Source: Squalus acanthias (lineage: Eukaryota). Taken from it: a DNA stretch of 64,000 bases. Each line of letters begins with the position of its first letter. The first letter of the stretch is position 1. A model generated the notes under the pieces. The model had not been told where the DNA came from, ran no database searches, and worked only from the letters and a program-made list of their open reading frames with translations. Location of the stretch: the NCBI GenBank assembly GCA_030390025.1, contig CM059427.1, positions 188,108,001-188,172,000 on the forward strand, read 5' to 3'. The translations under genes and the position numbers were made by a program. Below are positions 11,600 through 25,210 of this stretch, piece after piece.

Positions 11600-12622
11600 A
11601 CCCATCTTTAGAAACGATAGGAAAACTGGAAGAAGAGAAGGGGTAGCCTTATTGATTAAAGATACTATTACAAGATTAGTAGATTAGTAAGAGAGGAAAT
11701 AAGTTAGGGAAAGCATTCAGTGGAGACTCTGGGGCAAAAAATTTGGTATCGACCATTTTGGGCGCTAACATCGCCTGGGTGCTAAAGTTAGCGCTCGGCG
11801 AAAAATAGCACTGGCGATCGATAAATTCAGTATTAGCGCCCCAAGAGGGAGGTGGAGCGCTAATTCAAGCACTCCACTTCCGTCTTAGAGCGCTAACCCC
11901 GAATATCGGGGCGGTGCGTTCTGCAGCGATCCGCACTGGGCCACGTAGCGCTGCCGAATGGAAGGGCTCTTCACCTCATTAAAGGGGAGGGCCCAAGCCC
12001 ACAACTCTGCGGGGCCCTACCGGGATCACCGGGGAGCGGGGTTCCGTGCCAGCAGCCCAGCACACAAGAGGAGCGCCGGGCTGCCAGATCACAGCACGGA
12101 TCCTGTGTTCAAAGAGGCAACGGGCCGCGACAAGTAAGTCGGCTGATTTTTTATTGTTCCCTGCTCGCCACCTCTCCTTTACTTAGCGCCCCGCGAGCCT
12201 CCTGCCTCTCCGTTCCCGTCCCCTGAATCAGTCGCTGTCATCGCCCGGCACAGATTCAGGGGGCGCGGGCCAATTTTGCAGGCGGGGCAAAAACGGGGCG
12301 CTGCGCACGGTGATGATGTTGCTACCGGTTACCGCCGCCACTAAATTCCCGCTGAATTTAGCGGGAGTCATTTGCGGCCCCGCGCCCGGGCGAAAAGTCA
12401 CTTGCGCCCCATTAGCGCCCCCCGGAGGCACTAACGAGAGGCGGAAATGCACCGAATTTCTAGCCCAATTGATGATTAGAATTGAGCAATAAGAGAAGAC
12501 TTAAACCTGTTATGGGAGTTGTCTACAGGCCTCCTGGTTGCAGCAATGAAGTGGCAGAATGTATTAATTCAGAGATTAGAGAGGCTTTTAGCATAAGCTG
12601 AGTTGCTTTAATGGGAGACTTT
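11600..12622 (+). mobile_element. Decayed CR1 endonuclease fragment interrupted by a MITE
   Basis: ggggtagccttattgattaaa ... gggagttgtctacaggcctcctgg ... ttaatgggagacttt (GVALLIK / GVVYRPP / LMGDF motifs). Confidence 0.7.
11731..12466. mobile_element. GC-rich MITE (family 2)
   Basis: Termini gggcaaaaaatttggt / accgaatttctagccc; many tagcgc/gcgcta sub-repeats; related to 28540-29299. Confidence 0.75.
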
Positions 12623-15600
12623 GGGCTCAATTTTAATGGGGAAGGAGGGCTGGGTGCGGGAGGGCTCCGAGGTGGTCAGGAAACTCAGGAGAACATTTTC
12701 CCACAGGCCCTGCCAACTTTAGCAGCAGGGCCTGATTAGCATGGGAAGCCTCTGTTTCCCACTCTCAGACAGCCAGATGGAGAGCTTGGCTGGCTGCGGG
12801 CGGGTAGGCCTGCAGCACTAGGCCGCAGAGAGGAGGGAGGGAGGGATCAGGTGGGAGCCGGGGTCAGCCGGAGGAGGATCGGAGATGGGGGTGAGAGAGA
12901 ATCGGGGCCGGAGCATCGGGGGCGGGAGGAAAGGGAAGAATGGATCGGGGCCGGTCTCCTGAGATTGGGGATTCGGGAGGCGGGGGCGGTGGGGGAATGG
13001 ATGAATGAGTCAGGTCCGAACTACTGAGCATCGAGTAGTAGGGAGGGAAGACTGGATCAGGGCTGGAGCTTCGCGGGGGTGGGAGAGTAGATCAGGGCCG
13101 GAGGATCGGGGGATGGGACAGTATATTGAGGCCGGAGGATCGGGGGGGGGGGGGGCGGTGGGACAGTATATTGGGGCCAGTGGATCGGGGGTGGGACAGT
13201 ATATTGGGGTCGGAGGATCGGGGGATGGGACAGTATATTGGGGTCGGAGGATCGGGAGGTGGGACAGTATATTGAGGCCGGAGGATCGGGGGGTGGGACA
13301 GTATATTGGGTCGGAGGATCGGGGGATGGGACAGTATATTGGGGCCGGAGGATCGGGGGATGGGACAGTATATTGGGGCCAGAGGATCGGGGGATGGGAC
13401 AGTATATTGAGGCCGGAGGATCGGGGGATGGGACAGTATATTGAGGTCGGAGGATCGGGGGATGGGACAGTATATTGAGGCCGGAGGATCGGGGGTGGGA
13501 CAGTATATTGGGGTCGGGGGATCGGGGGATGGGACAGTATATTGGGGTCGGAGGATCGGGGGGTGGGACAGTATATTGGGGCCGGAGGATCGGGGGATGG
13601 GACAGTATATTGGGGTCGGAGGATCGGGGGGTGGGACAGTATATTGGGGCCGGAGGATTGGGGGATGGGACAGTATTTTGGGGTCGAGGATCGGGGGATG
13701 GGACAGTATATTGGGGCCGGAGGATCGGGGGATGGGACAGTATTTTGGGGTCGGAGGATCGGGGGATGGGACAGTATATTGGGGCCGGAGGATCGGGGGA
13801 TGGGACAGTATATTGGGGTCGGAGGATCGGGGGATGGGACAGTATTTTGGGGCCAGAGGATCGGGGGATGGGACAGTATATTGGGGCCAGACGATCGGGG
13901 GATGGGACAGTATATTGGGGTCGGAGGATCGGGGGATGGGACAGTATATTGGGGCCAGAGGATCGGGGGATGGGACAGTATATTGGGGTTGGAGGATCGG
14001 GGGATGGGACAGTATATTGGGGTCGGAGGATCGGGGGATGGGAGAGTATATTGGGGTCGGAGGATCGGGGGATGGGACAGTATATTGGGGTCGGAGGATC
14101 GGGGGATGGGACAGTATATTGGGGTTGGAGGATCGGGGGATGGGACAGTATATTCGGGTCGGAGGATCAGGGGATGGGACAGTATATTGGAGCCAGAGGA
14201 TCGGGGGATGGGACAGTATATTGGAGCCAGAGGATCGGGGGATGGGACAGCATATTGGGGTCGGAGGATCGGGGGATGGGACAGTATATTGGGGCCGGAG
14301 TATCGGGGGATGGGACAGTATATTGGGGTCGGAGGCTCGGGGGATGGGACAGTATATTGGAGCCAGAGGATCGGGGGATGGGACAGTATATTGGGGCCAG
14401 AGGATCGGGGGTTGGGACAGTATATTGGGGTCGGAGGATCGGGGGATGGGACAGTATATTGGAGCCAGAGGATCGGGGGATGGGACAGCATATTAGGGTC
14501 GGAGGATCGAGGAAGGGACAGTATATTGGAGCCAGAGGATCGGGGGATGGGACAGCATATTGGGGTCGGAGGATCGGGGGATGGGACAGTATATTGGAGC
14601 CAGAGGATCGGGGGATGGGACAGCATATTAGGGTCGGAGGATCGAGGAAGGGACAGTATATTGGAGCCAGAGGATCGGGGGATGGGACAGCATATTGGGG
14701 TCGGAGGATCGGGGGATGGGACAGTATATTGGGGCCGGAGGATCGGGGGATGGGACAGTATATTGGGGTCGGAGGCTCGGGGGATGGGACAGTATATTGG
14801 AGCCAGAGGATCGGGGGATGGGACAGTATATTGGGGCCAGAGGATCGGGGGTTGGGACAGTATATTGGGGTCGGAGGATCGGGGGATGGGACAGTATATT
14901 GGGGTCGGAGGATCGGGGGATGGGACAGTATATTGGGGTCGGAGGATCGGGGGATGGGACAGTATATTGGGGTCGGAGGATCGGGGGATGGGACAGTATA
15001 TTGGGGCCGGAGGATCGGGGGATGGGACAGTATATTGGGGCCGGAGGATCGGTGGGGTGGGACAGTATATTGGGGCCGGAGGATCGGGGGATGGGACAGT
15101 ATATTGGGATCGGAGGATCGGGGGATGGGACAGTATATTGGGGCCGGAGGATCGGGGGGTGGGACAGTATATTGGGGCCAGAGGATCGGGGGGTGGGACA
15201 GTATTTTGGGGTCGGAGGATCGGGGGATGGGACAGTATATTGGGGCCGGAGGATCGGAGGATGGGACAGTATATTGGGGTCGGAGGATCGGGGGATGGGA
15301 CAGTATATTGGGGTCGGAGGATCGGGGGATGGGACAGTATATTGGGGTCGGAGGATCGGGGGATGGGACAGTATATTGGGGTCGGAGGATCAGGGGATGG
15401 GACAGAATATTGGGGCCAGAGGATCGGGGGATGGGACAGTATATTGAGGCCAGAGGATCGGGGGATGGGACAGTATATTGGGGTCGGCGGATCGGGGGAT
15501 GGGACAGTATATTGGGGTCGGAGGATCGGGGGATGGGACAGTATATTGGGGCCGGAGGATCGGGGGATGGGACAGTATATTGGGGTCGGAGGATCGGGGG

Positions 15601-18347
15601 ATGGGACAGTATATTGGGCCCGGAGGATCGGGGGATGGGACAGTATATTGGGGCCAGACGATCGGGGGATGGGACAGTATATTGGGGTCGGAGGATCGGG
15701 GGATGGGACAGTATATTGGGGCCAGAGGATCGGGGGATGGGACAGTATATTGGGGTTGGAGGATCGGGGGATGGGAGAGTATATTGGGGTCGGAGGATCG
15801 GGGGATGGGACAGTATATTGGGGTCGGAGGATCGGGGGATGGGACAGTATATTGGGGCCGGAGGATCGGGGGATGGGACAGTATATTCGGGTCGGAGGAT
15901 CAGGGGATGGGACAGTATATTGGAGCCAGAGGATCGGGGGATGGGACAGTATATTGGAGCCAGAGGATCGGGGGATGGGACAGCATATTGGGGTCGGAGG
16001 ATCGGGGGATGGGACAGTATATTGGGGCCGGAGTATCGGGGGATGGGACAGTATATTGGGGTCGGAGGCTCGGGGGATGGGACAGTATATTGGAGCCAGA
16101 GGATCGGGGGATGGGACAGTATATTGGGGCCAGAGGATCGGGGGTTGGGACAGTATATTGGGGTCGGAGGATCGGGGGATGGGACAGTATATTGGAGCCA
16201 GAGGATCGGGGGATGGGACAGCATATTGGGGTCGGAGGATCGAGGAAGGGACAGTATATTGGAGCCAGAGGATCGGGGGATGGGACAGCATATTGGGGTC
16301 GGAGGATCGGGGGATGGGACAGTATATTGGGGCCGGAGTATCGGGGGATGGGACAGTATATTGGGGTCGGAGGCTCGGGGGATGGGACAGTATATTGGAG
16401 CCAGAGGATCGGGGGATGGGACAGTATATTGGGGCCAGAGGATCGGGGGTTGGGACAGTATATTGGGGTCGGAGGATCGGGGGATGGGACAGTATATTGG
16501 GGTCGGAGGATCGGGGGAATGGGACAGTATATTGGGGTCGGAGGATCGGGGGATGGGACAGTATATTGGGGTCGGAGGATCGGGGGGTGGGACAGTATAT
16601 TGGGGCCGGAGGATCGGGGGGTGGGACAGTATATTGGGGCCGGATGATCGGTTGGGGGGTGGGACAGTATATTGGGGCCGGAGGATTGGGGGATGGGACA
16701 GTATATTGGGGTCGGAGGATCGGGGGATGGGACAGTATATTGGGGCCGGAGGATCGGGGGGTGGGACAGTATATTGGGGCCAGAGGATCGGGGGGTGGGA
16801 CAGTATTTTGGGGTCGGAGGATCGGGGGATGGGACAGTATATTGGGGCCGGAGGATCGGAGGATGGGACAGTATATTGGGGTCGGAGGATCGGGGGATGG
16901 GACAGTATATTGGGGCCGGAGGATCGGGGGATGGGACAGTATATTGGAGTCGGAGGATCGGGGGATGGGACAGTATATTGGGGTCGGAGGATCGGGGGAT
17001 GGGACAGTATATTGGGGTCGGAGGATCGGGGGATGGGACAGTATATTGGGGCCGGAGGATCGGGGGATGGGACAGTATATTGGGGCCAGAGGATCGGGGG
17101 ATGGGACAGTATATTGGGGTCGGAGGATCAGGGGATGGGACAGTATATTGGGGTCGGAGGATCAGGGGATGGGACAGTATATTGGGGTTGGAGGATCGGG
17201 GGATGGTACAGTATATTGGGGTTGGAGGATCGGGGGATGGGACAGTATATTGGGGCCGGAGGATCGGAGGATGGGACAGTATATTGGGGTCGGAGGATCG
17301 GGGGATGGGACAGTATATTGGGGCCGGAGGATCGGGGGATGGGACAGTATATTGGAGTCGGAGGATCGGGGGATGGGACAGTATATTGGGGTCGGAGGAT
17401 CGGGGGATGGGACAGTATATTGGGGTCGGAGGATCGGGGGATGGGACAGTATATTGGGGTCGGAGGATCGGGGGATGGGACAGTATATTGGGGCCAGAGG
17501 ATCGGGGGATGGGACAGTATATTGGGGTCGGAGGATCAGGGGATGGGACAGTATATTGGGGTCGGAGGATCAGGGGATGGGACAGTATATTGGGGTTGGA
17601 GGATCGGGGGATGGTACAGTATATTGGGGTTGGAGGATCGGGGGATGGGACAGTATATTGGGGCCAGAGGATCGGGGGATGGGACAGTTTATTGGGGCCG
17701 GAGGATTGGGGGATGGGACAGTATATTGGGGCCGGAGGATCGGGGGATGGGACAGTATATTGGGGCCGGAGGATTGGGGGATGGGACAGTATATCGGGAC
17801 CGTATCATCGGAGAGGTGAGGGACGGAACCATCGGAGCCGGAGGATAGGGGCGGTGGGGGGCGAGGGGGTGAAGCATCGGGGTGGGTGGGGTGGGGGTGA
17901 GGGCAGGACTTCATCAGGGTCAGCCTGAGGATCATGATTGGGGTGGGTCGCAGTCTGGAAAGGCGATCGGAGGGCTTGTGAGGGGGGGTCTCTGATCACA
18001 GGGGGTGTGTTAGGCAGGGTCTCTGCATCCAGGAGTTTAGTGTAAAGACAATCCTTGCCTTGCTTTAGCTGCCGAGTTTTATGAAGTGTGCAAAACCCGA
18101 CCAGCTGCAGTAAAACACAAAATGGAGGTTAAAGAAGAGGCTTCCAGCCTCATTATAATATTTAAATAGACAGTCCGCCTTCTGGCAGTGGGTTGGCTGC
18201 CTGCCCCTGTCCCACCTGCTGCCCCACCTCCGTTAAAACCAGAAGTTGGATGGTTGGAGGCGGATTCATGCTGGGATTCCGATTTTTAACAATTTAAATA
18301 CCCCCGCGCCCCCCAACTCACCTGTTTGTATAGGTTAAAATTCCCCC
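12623..18347. mobile_element. MITE (family 3) hosting the 34-bp satellite
   Basis: Termini gggctcaattttaa / ttaaaattccccc. The right end matches, in reverse, the left end of 60485-61346 (gcctccaacc..cttctggttttaacggaggtggg). Confidence 0.7.
13095..17795. repeat. G-rich 34-bp minisatellite, ~138 copies
   Basis: Unit ggatcgggggatgggacagtatattggggtcgga; the 34-aa period in the ORFs equals three units. Confidence 0.98.
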
Positions 18348-18465
18348 CTTTAAATTTCATACAGGCTTTCTATAAATTCTATAAATAAATAGCCCAGATA
18401 TCAGAGTTTTAATAAGGTAAGTTTTAATTACAACCCAGAATAAACAAATGAATATTCAGTAACTC

Positions 18466-18710
18466 ATGTTGGGAACACAGGAAGAGGAGTAGGTCATTCA
18501 GCCCCTCGAGCCTGTTCTGCCGCCATTCAATTCGATCATAACTGATCAGTCCATCAGCTCCATTTCCCCACCTTTGCTCCATATCCCTTGATACCCAACA
18601 AAGATCTTCCATCCTCAGTCAGGAAAATTTCAATTGTCCCAGCAACCACAGACTTTTGGGGGAATGAGTTCCATATTTCCACTACCCTTTGTGTGAAAAA
18701 GTGCTTGCTT
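18466..18710 (-). mobile_element. CR1 3' end fragment
   Basis: aggagtaggtcattcagcccctcgagcctgttc ... cattcaattcgatcataactgatc, the same 3' UTR as 31690-31770. Confidence 0.75.
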
Positions 18711-19579
18711 GCAGTAAAATATGTTTTATAAATGTTGCCTCTTCAGTAGAGGAAGTGCTCCACACTGATTTCAGAGAAAAGCCGGGAGATATGTGGTTGA
18801 GAACTCAGCATTGCCATAAATAGAAGACCACATTAGTTATTTACAAAGATTGTGAAAGTCAGGATTGAAGTACAAGGGAAATGCAAGAGAAAAGTGGATT
18901 CCTTTTACAAATGATTTATTTTCCCCAATTTCCCAACTTGTGATCCCGTCGTCATGAAGTGACTGACCTCCCCGTCCCCCACACCCACACCGCACCCCGA
19001 AATTCCTGGGGATTATTTGGCATTTGCTTCTAAATTAATCCAAATAAAAGGAAATATTTTATGTAGATGAGACAAATTTTGTACTTTTCATTTCATTTTC
19101 ATTTTAACAATAAATGTAATAGGAACAAAATGTCTAAAGACTGAAAATAAGAGATATGGGCAGGGAATTCGGTTAAACTAGTATTTTCTGTCCCTGTCCC
19201 ACACCAGCCATTCTGGACCACAGCCTGGTTACCATGAAGGTGAGAGCTGGGCTCAGGATTCCCTCAGACCCATTCCACTGCCTGTTGGTCCTTCTTCCCC
19301 TTTGTTTTACTTTCTCAATCCCTCCTCTCTCTAGAAATGTATCTGGTCTTCCCTGGTATTTAATTCCATGACTAATATCTTTACAGTGAAAGCATTCTCC
19401 ACGCCCTCCCTTCCTATTCAAATTTAATTGATGCCTCCTGGTATGTGCTCCCCTCATCATACGGAGCAACTTGTACGGATCAATTGTGTCTGCTCTATTC
19501 TGAATTTTGAGAATTTCCAGTGGACGATCTCAAGGTGTGACTTCCTTAACCTTTCCTGAAAAATTAGATTCCTGATCTC

Positions 19580-20385
19580 CTGAATCATCAGTATTTGCAG
19601 GGAAATGGTGTGAGGGAAACTGACGGGATTGAAGGCCGATAAATTCACAGGACCTGATAATCTACATCCTAGGGTACTTAAGGAAGTGGCCCTAGAAATA
19701 GTAGATGCATTGCTGGTCATCTTCCAAAATTCTATAGACTCTGGAACAGTTCCCATGGATTGGAGGGTAGCTAATGTAACCCCACTATTTAAAAAAGGTG
19801 GTAGAGAGAAAACGGGGAATTCTAGACCGGTAAGCCTGACATCGGTAGTGGGGAAAATGCTAGAGTCCATTATAAAAGATGTAATAGCAGAGCACTTGGA
19901 AAACAGTGACAGGATCGAACAAAGTCAATATGGATTTACAAAAGGTAAATCATGCTTGACTAATCTACTGGAATTTTTTGAGGATGTAACTGGTAGAATA
20001 GATAAGGGAGAACCAGTGGATGTGGTGTATTTGGACTTTCAGAAGGCTTTTGATAAGGTCCCTCATAAGAGATTAGCGTGCAAAGTTAAAGAGCATGGGA
20101 TTGGGGGTAAGGTATTAACTTAGATAGAGAACTGGTTGACAGACAGGAAGCAAAGAGTTGGAATAAATGGGTCTTTTTCCGAGTGGCAGGCAGTGACTAG
20201 TGGGGTACCGCAGGGATCGGTGCTTGAACCCCAGTTATTCACAATATATATAAATGATCTAGACGAAGGAACCAGATGTAATATCTCCAAGTTTGCAGAT
20301 GACACAAAGCTGGGTGGGCGTGTGTTCTGTGAGGAGGATGCAGAGAAACTCCTATATGATTTGGACAGGTTGGGTGATTGGGCAG
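19580..20385 (+). mobile_element. CR1 RT fragment
   Basis: ORFs 19629-20123 and 20136-20498: GPDNLHPRVLKE..LDFQKAFDKVPH..SGVPQGSVL..KFADDTKL. Confidence 0.95.
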
Positions 20386-20949
20386 GTTCATTTTTCCAGG
20401 CCTTCACCCCACCCGAACCCAAACCCACGTGCTCCACCCATGTTAAACTTCCCCCCAATGTAACTCTGCCATTGGACCATTCCCCAGACCTGCCTTAGGT
20501 GGTGGTCTACTGGTGGAGTTGCATTGTGTCAACTCCAATTGTACAGGAGAATATAGCAGAGTGCCCCATGATTTATCCATCCCTCATTATCCCATTTCCC
20601 ACCAGAAATAGCTGAGGTGAAAATGGGACAATGAGGGATAGATAAATCATAATTCCATGAATGTGGCGTGAAATTCCTTCTAATTAGCAGGCCATAAAGA
20701 CCTTACCAGGTGTTATCTGGACTGAAAATTCCTGGCGGCTCCTACCCCTGATGGAAGTGCAGCAGGCGGGATTTCCGATTGTCAGCATGGACCAACGTTG
20801 ACCCTGTCCCAAAGTCCTGTGTTATTTACAGCACCTTGTGAGCATCCGCTCCCCAGGGTGGCTGGAAGAATCGGAGGGGTACCTTCCCACTCTCTCGGAT
20901 TGCCGGCCCCTACAGCCAAGCATATATTTTATTCAAAATGGCTGCAAGA

Positions 20950-22696
20950 CAGTCAGGACTGGGAACTAAATATACCAGGTTATAAGGAAAGATAGGGAAA
21001 ATGGCAGAGGGGGAGGAGCAGCCTTAATGATTAAGGATGGAATAACTTCAATGGTAAGAGACGATATAAAGAGAGGCAAGCAGGCAGTGGAGAATTTATG
21101 GGTAGAAATAAGAAAGGTTTTAAGACTGTAGTGGGAGTTGTGTATCGGCCCCCTGGTAGCAGCTGGGAAGTGCTAGATTGTATAAATACAGAGATTAGAC
21201 AAGCGTGTAGTAAAGGCAGAGTGGTTTTAATGGGGGATTTGAACTTTCAAATAGATTGGGATAAGCCGACGAGCACCTGTCAGAAAGGTAATGAATTTCT
21301 TGAGTGTGTCTGGGATAGTTTTCTACAACAATATGTCCTAGAGGCAACCAGGGGCCATGCCATATTAGCTTTAATAATGAGTAATGAGACAGATTTAGTT
21401 AACAGCCTAACTGTGTGTGAATATTTATCCAATAGCAATCATAACATGATCGAGTTCAACGTAAGGTTTGAAAGGGAGAAACGCGAAACAGCTACTAAGA
21501 TTCTAGATTTAGGTAAGGCCAGCTTCGATGGGATGAGGCAGAGACTGTCCACAGTAAACTGGGCAAATCTGTTAATGGGTAAAATGACAGTAGATCAGTG
21601 GGAGATGTTCAAAAAGAATTTAATGTGATACAGACCAGTTTATACCCCTGAGGGGCAAGAGCTCTACTTGCCAAAAAAAACAGCTATGGACAACTAAACA
21701 GGTGAGGGACAGCATAAAACAAAAAGAAAAGGCATACAAAAATACAAAAAATTAGCACAAATCCTGGCGAATGGGAAAGATACAAAGAACGGAAGATCAA
21801 GATGTTGAATCAGTTTGGGTGGAGATAAATATAATAAAGGGAACAAGTCTCTGGTGGGGGTATGTCTACAGGCCCCCGAATAGTAGCAATACTGTTGGAC
21901 AGAGTATAAATCAACAAATAATGGAGGCCTGTAAAAAAGGTATGGTAATAATCATGGGTGATTTTAATTTCCATATTGATTGGACAAATCAAATTGGCCA
22001 TGGTAGCCTTGAGGAGGAGTTCATAGAGTGCATCCGGGATGGTTTCCTGGAACAGTATGTAATGGAACCGACCAGGCTATCTTGGATCTGGTACGATGTA
22101 ATGAGACAGAATTAATAAATGATCTCATAGTAAAGGATCCTCTAGGAAAGAGTGATCATAGCATGGTTGAATTTCAAATTCAATGGGAGGGTGAGAAAGT
22201 TGCATCTCAAACCAGTGTCTTGATCTTAAACAAAGGCAATTACAGTGGCATGAGGGCAGAACTGGCTAAAGTGGACTGGAAAAATAAATTAAAGGGTAAG
22301 ACAGTTGAAATGCAGTGGCGGACAGTTAAGGAGATAATTCATAACTCTCAACAAAAATATATTCCAGCGAGAAAGAAAGATTTTAAGAGAAGGGTGCACC
22401 ATCCGTGGCTAACTAAGGAAGTAAAGAATGGTATCAAATTGAAAACGCAGGCATACAATGTTTCCAAGATTGGTGGGAGACCAGAGGATTGGGAAATTTT
22501 TAAAAACCAGCAAAGGATGTTTAAAAAAATAATAAAGAGAGGGAAGATGAATTATGAGAGTAAACATGACAAGAAACATTAAAACAGATAGTAAGAGCTT
22601 CTACAGGTATATAAAAAGGAATAGGGTAGCTAAAGTAAACGTTGGTCCCTTAGAGGATGAGACTGGGGAATTAATAATGGGGAACGGGGAAATGGG
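20950..22696 (+). mobile_element. Two successive CR1 ORF2 endonuclease/linker fragments
   Basis: GVVYRPP..LMGDLNF..SNHNMIEF (21098-21628), then a second copy YRPPNS..IMGDFNF..SDHSMVEF..PWLTKEVK (21790-22696). Confidence 0.9.
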
Positions 22697-24901
22697 TGTC
22701 TCAGCTCCTGCACTGCTGCAGGATGAGCAGACGTTTGGCGAGCCCTCACAGGCTCGGAAACCCAGAGGACACCCACCAAAGGTGTCGAAGCAGGAGCAGC
22801 ATGAAAGTGAGCAAGAGGCCTCCATTTCTGCTGAAGCCACAGGGGGAGCACCATGTAGGAGCACGCGTAAGAGAAAAATAAACACAATTAGTCACACGGG
22901 TAGGCACTTGGGGGATTGTTTCTGTTTATTGATGAAATGCCATCCCTGTGTGAATTTATTATAATGAGGTGATGGCAAACTGTTGGTGTGATGGCATCTG
23001 TTATTTCGGCTCAGGCAGCTCCATATTGCGGGCTCGGCGACACTTGCATGATCAGGTTGGTGGTCAGAGTAAAAGGAGGCCAGAGAGTCATGTCCATTGT
23101 CTAGCGTGTGTTAAGAAGGAGCCAAGCACATGTGCCACAATAGGCAACCTATGCAAATCTGGCCAGGATTAGTGCTTCCCTTGCATCATGTCCAGCAATG
23201 TGCTCGTGTGCTGCCGCTGCTGCTGGTGGATGCGCCACCGCTCGGCCCTCCTCCTCCTGCTCCTCATCCTCCTCCTCATCCTCCTCCTCCTCCTCATCCT
23301 CATCTGAGGAGGCTATGTACTGAGCCATTTGCTCATCAGGAAGCTGCAAGCCACGACGCTATGCGATGTTGTGCAGTGCACAGCAGACCACGACCACTCT
23401 AGAGACCCTGGCTGCTGAGTACTGCAGGGCTCCACCTGATCTGTCAAGGCGTCAGAATCGCATCTTCAGCAAGCCAATGGTTTGTTCGATGATGGATCTT
23501 GTCAAAATGTGGCTGGCGTTATAGCGCTCCTCAGCCTTGTTCGCTGGCCTCTGATCGGCGTCATTAGCCACTTCTTCAGGGGGTAGTTTTTGTCACCAAG
23601 GAGCAATCCATTAAGTTGGTTTGGCAGATTGAAGAGTGGATGAAGACTAGAGTTCCACAGGATGAACGAGTCAAGGCAACTACAATAGAACTTGGCACTA
23701 ACATGCAAAATCGCCTTCTTGTGGTTACACACCAGCTGTACATTGAGGGAATGGAAGCCCTTGCGGTTGACAAAGGTCGCTGGGTTGTGATGGGGTGCCT
23801 TAAGGGCCACATGTGTGCAGTCTATGACGCCCTGAACCATTGGCAAGGCTGTCATATTTATAAAAGCCAACTGAACGCACGATTACACTTGCTTAATCCC
23901 TTGAGAAGTGGATGTAATAGTGCGCCTTTGCGAAAAGGGCATTGGTAACCTGCGTGATGCAACTGTGGGTGACCGACTGGGAGATGCCGCTGATGTCTGC
24001 TGATGATCCCTGGAAGGAGCCTGAGGCAAAAAAGTTGAGTGTGGTGGTGACTTTGACAGCCTTCGGTAAGGGGTGTCCACCCGCTCCTCTGGGCTCCAGG
24101 TTTGGTTGCAGCAGTGCGCAGATGTCTCCGACAACCTCTCGCAAAACTCTCAGCCTCCTTTGGCACTGCTGCTCACTCATGTTGACGTAGCTCATCCTCT
24201 GTCAGTAAACCCTGAGAGGGGGTTATCTCCTGCGGCAAAGTGCTTCCATGCGCTGGCGCCTTCTGTCCTGTGCACCATCAGGTGGGTGAGCAGGAGGTTG
24301 GCACTCCTGCTGCTGTTGCTGCTGAGCTGCCTGGTTCTGCTGCTGCCGTAGCTGCTCCTCATCCGAATCTGAGGTTCATGATGAATGGAAATAAATGGTT
24401 CCCATGCTGCTGGCAGATACCTCCGCTGGGGAGAGGGTTTTCCAAGGAGGTCCCACAGTTGAGAGATAGAAGCTGCAGCACCTCCGACTTCGGTAGGCCT
24501 GCTAAAAGTGCTGAAAGACCTGTGTAACAAAAGTTCTGCCACCTGCAACTGATCCCTGTTGAAAGCTCCGATTTAATGGTGGAGCTGCAGCTCTGAGGAG
24601 GCCACCCACTAGTCAACTCGCCAGGATTAGCTGACGTGGTTCAGGAGGGCCGTGCAATACGCTGAAAATGTGGTAAAATAACCAAGGCCTGGCAAAATAG
24701 GATTATAGAGGCCCTTAACCACTATTTAAAGGTCTTAACTACCTCTCCCGACTGATGGAGGCGGGACCGAATCGCACCCACGAAACCCGACTCTGGCAAA
24801 ATTGTGCGGAGGCAGGCTCTGAACCCGCCCTCAATTTTTTATGATTTTCCCAACTGTCCCGCCTCCAATCCCGCCTCCTCGGGGCGGGGAAAATCTCCCC
24901 C
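22697..24901 (-). mobile_element. PIF/Harbinger DNA transposon remnant with a frameshifted HARBI1-like DDE transposase
   Basis: Minus-strand pieces CQRRLR..LNFFASGSFQ..DISGISQS (HTH), VQGVIDCTHV..NRKGFHSLNVQLVC..LLGDKNYPL, and an acidic C-terminal run. TIR-like end ggggaaaatctccccc at ~24901. Confidence 0.9.
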
Positions 24902-24924
24902 TAAGATTCTAGATTTAGGCAAGG

Positions 24925-25210
24925 CCAAAAACTGGAGCCAGACCTTTCAGGAGTGAAATTCGGAAACACTTCTACACACAAAGGGTGGTCGAAGTTTGGA
25001 ACTCTCTTTCACAAATGCCAATTGATGCTAGAAGAATTGTTAATTTTAAATCGGAGATTGATAGCTTTTTTTTAACCAAAGATATTAAGGGATAGGGGCA
25101 AAGGCAGGCATATGGAGTTAGGTCACAGATCAGCCGTGATCTCATTGAATGGCGGAACAGACTCGAGGGGCTGAATGGTCGACTCCTGTTCCTATGTTCC
25201 TATGTTCCTA
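24925..25210 (+). mobile_element. CR1 3' end with (ttcctatg)n tail
   Basis: FYTQRVVEVWNSL-like coding end, 3' UTR and 8-bp tail gttcctatgttcctatgttcct. Confidence 0.85.

Noticed and set aside
13005-17935. ORFs of up to 1457 aa on both strands
   Set aside because: Produced by a stop-poor 34-bp tandem repeat read in all frames; no splice or domain evidence.
23149-24350. Domesticated HARBI1 gene
   Set aside because: Multiple frameshifts, insertion within CR1 debris and a TIR-like end indicate a dead transposon.
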